Origin: a virus
Taxonomy: Duplodnaviria; Caudoviricetes
Reading direction: 5' to 3' (one strand)
Length of the DNA: 64,000 bases
IMG/VR virus record: IMGVR_UViG_3300031993_000007
Program-made: the position numbers and the translations under genes
The notes under the pieces: model-generated
The model's input: only the letters and a program-made list of their open reading frames with translations
Database searches by the model: none
Told to the model about the DNA's origin: nothing
Shown here: positions 59,277 through 64,000 of the stretch, piece after piece
Layout of the letters: the number at the start of each line of letters is the position of its first letter
Numbering within the stretch: position 1 is the first letter of the stretch

Positions 59277-60581
59277 TTAGAAGTCAAAGATGTGAGAGAA
59301 GTCCTGGACATTATCAGAAGTCTGCTGAGTATTGTTTGCAGGAGCTTCGTTGTTCTGCTGGGCGTTTGCATCCGGCGGAACCTGTTCTCTCGGAGCATTT
59401 GCTGCTTCAGGATTGAGCTTATAACAATCCATGACTTCTTTAACAAGACGGATAACGTTCGATGTACACCTCTGAGCAGCGGTGTCAACACGAACAATCA
59501 TCTTGATATAGATCGTATAGACTTTGCGGCATTCGGACATCGCAGTACGAATGGCTTGAACCTTTCCGGAGTCCTTAGCAGCGTATGCCCCGTTGAATCC
59601 AGAAGAAAGCAGACGACCAGTAGTGTCAATTCCTCTCTTAGAACGGTCAATAGCGCTGATAACGGCATTAGCCTGCTTTTCAATATTGCCATTCGTAACG
59701 GTCTTAAGCATATTCCAAGCAGTGTTCAAGTCAGGAACAGTACTGTACTTCTTTGTCTCGCCGATAGCTCTCGCTGCATCTTCAAGCTTTTCCATATTTT
59801 CACGGAATTGCTGATCCTCGTTCATGAAGTCTTCGACGGTGTAGATCTTGCCTTCTTCAGTTTTGGCGTTAGCAAGACTTTCAGTTTTTTGACCGGATGC
59901 AGCGGCAGCTTGTGCGCCAGCAGCCTTACCAGCTTCATGTCTTGCTCCAGTAACTTGACCAGCTTTTGCTGCAAGACTTGCTCGAACCGATTTATCGAAC
60001 CTTTCACGGAAGCCAGTTCCCAAAGCGTTGGTAATAGCTGTAATCAGCTTCATGAAAAGCGTCTTAGCACCACCGACCGCCTTCTTGTTTTGGGCATCCT
60101 GCGTTTCTTGAACAGTATTTGCACCACAAAGGATTTCATCGAAATTCATGGGGCCAAATTCAATTTCTTTAAAAGCCTTTTCCTTTTCAGGATCTAGAGT
60201 CTGACGACCTTGGGTCTCCGTCATATTCTTAAGCTTGGATTCAAGACCCACCTTTGCAGCCCAGTTAGAAACACGGAGTACAAAGTTGTGAATACGACCC
60301 GGCACAGTCTGAATATAAGCCGTAATCTTAGAAGCAACGGCCTTGAGAATTTCCATCAGCTTGCGAATAACAGCCTGGATCTTGCTCCAGAAAGAAGCAT
60401 CTTCGGCTTCCATACCAAGATGGTAGTTACGGAATTCGATGGCCAAGAGTTCCGAATCAGCATTAGTTTCTGCTTCACGCAAGGAAATGATAGATTCCAG
60501 GCATTCAGCATACGTAGCACTCTTAAAGTCAGAGCCAGTAGCCAGCGAGAGAACTTTCGAAGGAATATTATCTAGATACAT
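59277..60581 (-). CDS. Internal head protein, paralog 1
   Basis: MYLDNI..Y.E..LGMEA..FWSKIQA; late promoter at 60600-60611. Confidence 0.7.
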   Translation of the reverse strand: MYLDNIPSKVLSLATGSDFKSATYAECLESIISLREAETNADSELLAIEFRNYHLGMEAEDASFWSKIQAVIRKLMEILKAVASKITAYIQTVPGRIHNFVLRVSNWAAKVGLESKLKNMTETQGRQTLDPEKEKAFKEIEFGPMNFDEILCGANTVQETQDAQNKKAVGGAKTLFMKLITAITNALGTGFRERFDKSVRASLAAKAGQVTGARHEAGKAAGAQAAAASGQKTESLANAKTEEGKIYTVEDFMNEDQQFRENMEKLEDAARAIGETKKYSTVPDLNTAWNMLKTVTNGNIEKQANAVISAIDRSKRGIDTTGRLLSSGFNGAYAAKDSGKVQAIRTAMSECRKVYTIYIKMIVRVDTAAQRCTSNVIRLVKEVMDCYKLNPEAANAPREQVPPDANAQQNNEAPANNTQQTSDNVQDFSHIFDF

Positions 60582-60650
60582 ATAATACCTTTGGTTAAAC
60601 AATAAAAAGTTGCATATGCCATAAGACATATGCAACTTTGTTTGTAAAGA

Positions 60651-61955
60651 TTACATTCGGAGGAAAGCAGCAAAATCTGGATCCTTAGAAACAGATTGCA
60701 TATCTTCTTCCATTTGACGGATGCGTTCGTCTACTTCCTTGCGGTGTTCGACATCGGCAGCACTCAGATTAGAATTGCTAACAGGTTTTCCTTTCCCATT
60801 AGGCTTCTGCTGTTTGCTTTCCTTAGAGTTGATTTTCTCATTGGAAATATTCGTCTTTCCCGGCTTGTTGTCGTCAGAATCCTTGCCAGAGACATAGCAC
60901 TTGATGGCTTCATTGAGCATCTTTGCAATGTTCAAGGCACAGGAAGCGTAAAGCTTAGCAAAGAACCCGTCGGCAATAATGATACCAACGGTGAGCTTGT
61001 TCATAGCCTTAAGCTCGGCAATCAAAGCCTTGATACCATCTTCATCATCATTCTTGTAAAGAGTGTCGAAGGTCTTGCTAGCATTTTTATGCTTGCGATC
61101 AAGGTATTCAATGACACGAGTGAAACGGACAGAAAGCTTCTCGTACTTTTTGGCAATTTCGTTGTTCTTTACGCAAGAGAACCATTCCATGATCTTCGCT
61201 TCAGAAACTTCGTTTTCTTTAGAACGGTCACGATCCATTGTATCAGAAATTGCATTCTGAACAATGGACATAACGGATTCCTTGAAAGCTTCCTTCGGAT
61301 CGAAAGCCGCATCCTTATCGACATCAGCATAGGAATCAGCCAAGTGCTTGACGAAACTATCTGCAATGGTAGTGTCAAATGTAGACAGACCAAACAATCC
61401 GGAAAGGAAAGCCTTAGCCTTCTCACGAGTAGTGCCAAAATTGCTAGTCATCTCATTGATGAACTTAGCAGCTTTTGGATCGCTATCCAGAGCTTTGTAA
61501 GCAGCATCAACAGCTTCTTCGATGATGTTCGGATTCTGAATGCCCCAATCAGACTGTTTGAAAGATTCCGCAGCATCCTTATCAAGGTGAACGATCTTTT
61601 TTGCCAGATTGGTCTTAAGGTTTTTGACACGACCTTCAACGCCACGCTTTACCCACATGGTATAGATCTTCTTGCAAAGAGTAATGATCCTAACCGGAAG
61701 AGAAGCCATCCAAGCGGCCATCTTAGTGATAATGCGCTTGAGGTTTTCCCAAATTTTATGGAAGAAAGCTTTGATCTTCGGCCACCAATCAGAAACGGCT
61801 TCAGAACCAAGAGTACGCTTTGCAAACTCGGAAGAGATGGCAAAAGCCTCAGAAGCGTAGATAGCTTCGCTAGTTTCAATGCAGTCCATCAAGATCTCAG
61901 AATAGGAGACATTGGTGTCTGCGGGTTTAGAAATCAAAATGTTGTCAAGATACAT
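60651..61955 (-). CDS. Internal head protein, paralog 2
   Basis: MYLDNI..YSEI..LGSEA..WWPKIKA. Confidence 0.7.
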   Translation of the reverse strand: MYLDNILISKPADTNVSYSEILMDCIETSEAIYASEAFAISSEFAKRTLGSEAVSDWWPKIKAFFHKIWENLKRIITKMAAWMASLPVRIITLCKKIYTMWVKRGVEGRVKNLKTNLAKKIVHLDKDAAESFKQSDWGIQNPNIIEEAVDAAYKALDSDPKAAKFINEMTSNFGTTREKAKAFLSGLFGLSTFDTTIADSFVKHLADSYADVDKDAAFDPKEAFKESVMSIVQNAISDTMDRDRSKENEVSEAKIMEWFSCVKNNEIAKKYEKLSVRFTRVIEYLDRKHKNASKTFDTLYKNDDEDGIKALIAELKAMNKLTVGIIIADGFFAKLYASCALNIAKMLNEAIKCYVSGKDSDDNKPGKTNISNEKINSKESKQQKPNGKGKPVSNSNLSAADVEHRKEVDERIRQMEEDMQSVSKDPDFAAFLRM

Positions 61956-62029
61956 GATAAACCTCTAAAAAGACCCAGACAGACGAATCTGTCTGGGTTT
62001 TAGACTAAAACGGTTTTGCAGTAGCCTTA

Positions 62030-63061
62030 TTACTTGTTGCCTTCTTTGGCCTTGGCGCCCTTCTTCTTGAGAGCAGCCAAACCGGCAGCAGCGATGCGTG
62101 TAGCAAGAAGAACATCATGGGAGAGCCAACGAGTCTTCCTTGCAACAGAAGCAGCGTTTTCAGCGGTAATGGCACGAAGATCCTTAGCTGCCTTCAAGCA
62201 ATTCTTGACGGCTTCTTCGTCTTCAGCCTTAACGGCAGCTTCGTACTTGGACATTGCCTTACGATAAGTAGACGCAGCTTCACGAATATTCTTCTCATTT
62301 TCCTGAGCGATCGCCTTAGCGCTGGTAGAGTACTTCTTGTTCTTGAAGTAGGCCACCAGATTCTGGGCAAGACCAAGAATGGAAGCTTCAGAGTTGTATT
62401 CTTGTTCGAAAGGCTTGTACGGACTTTCCTTCAGAGAACGTTCGGCATCGGCGACATCGTTCTTAGCGGAGATGACCTTTTCCTTTTCAGTCTGAACCTT
62501 TTCTTCATAGTCCGAAGACTTAGAATCAAGGCCAGCGATAGCGCTGCTAGCGTTCTTGATGGCAGCATCGAGGGCTTCGATCTTACCAACAAGTTCTTTG
62601 CCCTTGCCAGACTTGACGTCATAGACGCCTTCAACGCCGAACATGAACCATTCGAATTCACGCTTCTTGAGTTCTTCAAAAGTCTTGCTGTTGACTTCAA
62701 CTTCAGATGCCGAGCCAAGAGCCTTGACCTTGTTTTCGAGGCCAGCACCAACGACCTTCGTGGCAATGCGGTTGCAGAGCGCAGCGATACGATCCGGGAT
62801 GGTCTTGATGAAGGCAAACACCTTCGAAATGAGGTTCTTCAGCATTTCGAAAATCTTGCGAGCGACAGCCTTGATCTTAGACCACCATTCAGCAGGAGCT
62901 TCGGAACCAAGAATCTGCTTGGTAGCTTCAGCCTTGAGGAGGGCAAGTTCGCCAGCACCTTCAACTTCAACCATGCGAAGAGTATCTTCCATGATTTCAG
63001 AGTAGGTAATCTCCGGCACGGGTGCAGCCTGAGAAGACTTGATAATGTTATCCAGATACAT
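62030..63061 (-). CDS. Internal head protein, paralog 3
   Basis: MYLDNI..YSEI..LGSEA..WWSKIKA; late promoter at 63118-63129. Confidence 0.7.
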   Translation of the reverse strand: MYLDNIIKSSQAAPVPEITYSEIMEDTLRMVEVEGAGELALLKAEATKQILGSEAPAEWWSKIKAVARKIFEMLKNLISKVFAFIKTIPDRIAALCNRIATKVVGAGLENKVKALGSASEVEVNSKTFEELKKREFEWFMFGVEGVYDVKSGKGKELVGKIEALDAAIKNASSAIAGLDSKSSDYEEKVQTEKEKVISAKNDVADAERSLKESPYKPFEQEYNSEASILGLAQNLVAYFKNKKYSTSAKAIAQENEKNIREAASTYRKAMSKYEAAVKAEDEEAVKNCLKAAKDLRAITAENAASVARKTRWLSHDVLLATRIAAAGLAALKKKGAKAKEGNK

Positions 63062-63207
63062 TTTTTTTTACCTTTGGTTTGAGTTTGATAATCTTAGGCT
63101 TAAAGCCTTACGGAAAGCAATTAATAGTTATCAGGAGTATTGCAAATCATCGATACGGCACAAGGACAGTGGCATCGAACTCAAATTTGGTATACGAGAG
63201 GTCACAA

Positions 63208-63861
63208 ATGGAACTTTTTGATCAAATTGAGGAAGAACTTCTAACAATTCCTAAAACAGGAATCAGCATATCTTTATTGGTACGAACGTATGATCCTAAG
63301 ACAGAGCAAGGAGTCTTCTTAGAATTTACGAAGGCAGATGGAGGTAAAAAGTTACTTCTGAATAGTAGCGATTACTTGATGTTTAAGTTTAATAGTCGAG
63401 TAAATCGTGATTTGCATGAAACTGTAGCGGTATCATACCTGTGTATGGATACACTCAAGAGAGGAATGGCTGAAGCAGAAGAATTTATGTATGCGGCGTT
63501 CTTCGAAAATGAAAATGGAACGATTGTAGTGGATCCAGGTAAGATGAGTGGTATTAAAATCTCTGGGATGATAAAAAATAAGAGCCTGCTGTTCATGCCG
63601 GGAGTTAGCTTCAATGCAGAAGCTCAAACTCAGCAAGCAACTATTACGATGGTATTAAATGATAGCGAGTGCAGCGGAACAATGCCATACGAGACATTTC
63701 AACAGCTTTCTGAATTTTTAAAGCATTTTGATTTGTATACAAGTAGCAAGTTGTTGTTGAATACTCTAATAAATTATTGTAATTGCGGGCCATCCAGCTC
63801 TACAAAAAAGATTAATGAACCGGTGTATCAGCCGAAGCCTATTCCTCGCAGAGGACCATAG
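63208..63861 (+). CDS. Hypothetical protein
   Basis: GAGG RBS before ATG 63208 (MELFDQ). Confidence 0.7.
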   Translation: MELFDQIEEELLTIPKTGISISLLVRTYDPKTEQGVFLEFTKADGGKKLLLNSSDYLMFKFNSRVNRDLHETVAVSYLCMDTLKRGMAEAEEFMYAAFFENENGTIVVDPGKMSGIKISGMIKNKSLLFMPGVSFNAEAQTQQATITMVLNDSECSGTMPYETFQQLSEFLKHFDLYTSSKLLLNTLINYCNCGPSSSTKKINEPVYQPKPIPRRGP

Positions 63862-63874
63862 ATTTCCTCCTCGA

Positions 63875-63915
63875 TACCAAAAAAAAACAAAGGAAGCAAA
63901 CGCTTCCTTTGTTTA
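63875..63915. terminator. Bidirectional terminator
   Basis: A-tract, acaaaggaagc-aaac-gcttcctttgt, T-rich tail. Confidence 0.65.
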
Positions 63916-63923
63916 TTCTTGTT

Positions 63924-64000
63924 TTATTCTTGTCTTGTCGTAATATACACCGAGCGACCAATGGTATCCGTATCTATATTGTAGCCATTGTCGATCACTT
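63924..64000 (-). CDS. 3' end of a gene running in from the right edge
   Basis: Open frame ..VIDNGYNIDTDTIGRSVYITTRQE* ending just before the terminator. Confidence 0.4.
   Translation of the reverse strand, partial: VIDNGYNIDTDTIGRSVYITTRQE

Noticed and set aside
63940-63947. TATATTAC on the minus strand
   Set aside because: Falls inside the 3' end of an apparent CDS just before a terminator, with no downstream gene to drive.

Overview
64-kb segment of a jumbo myophage of the AR9/PBS1/phiR1-37/phiKZ-type lineage. It carries split multisubunit RNA polymerase genes, a GroEL-like chaperonin, DnaB, a primase, SbcCD, an SF2 helicase, a prohead protease, neck/baseplate proteins and paralogous processed head proteins. 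The class III RNR suggests an anaerobic or facultative host. The stand-out is a compact minus-strand operon at 4.6-10.7 kb encoding a complete ubiquitin-like conjugation set: an E2 (HPNV..G.IC), an E1/ThiF (GxGGxG..SNxNR), a beta-grasp Ubl with a masked C-terminal Gly (..SG|AKN) and a JAB/JAMM peptidase (HxHx7SxxD), plus four unknown ORFs. Other findings: three group I introns, two of which flank a 14-nt micro-exon of the RNAP beta KG motif; both intron endonucleases carry a single lesion; a ~590-nt structured ncRNA candidate; a probable -1 frameshift in a tail/baseplate chaperone; recurrent phage promoter motifs (AAC-N7-TR late, TATATTA early); and hairpin-plus-late-promoter gating of homing endonuclease translation. 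All assignments come from reading motifs by eye; no database searches were run.
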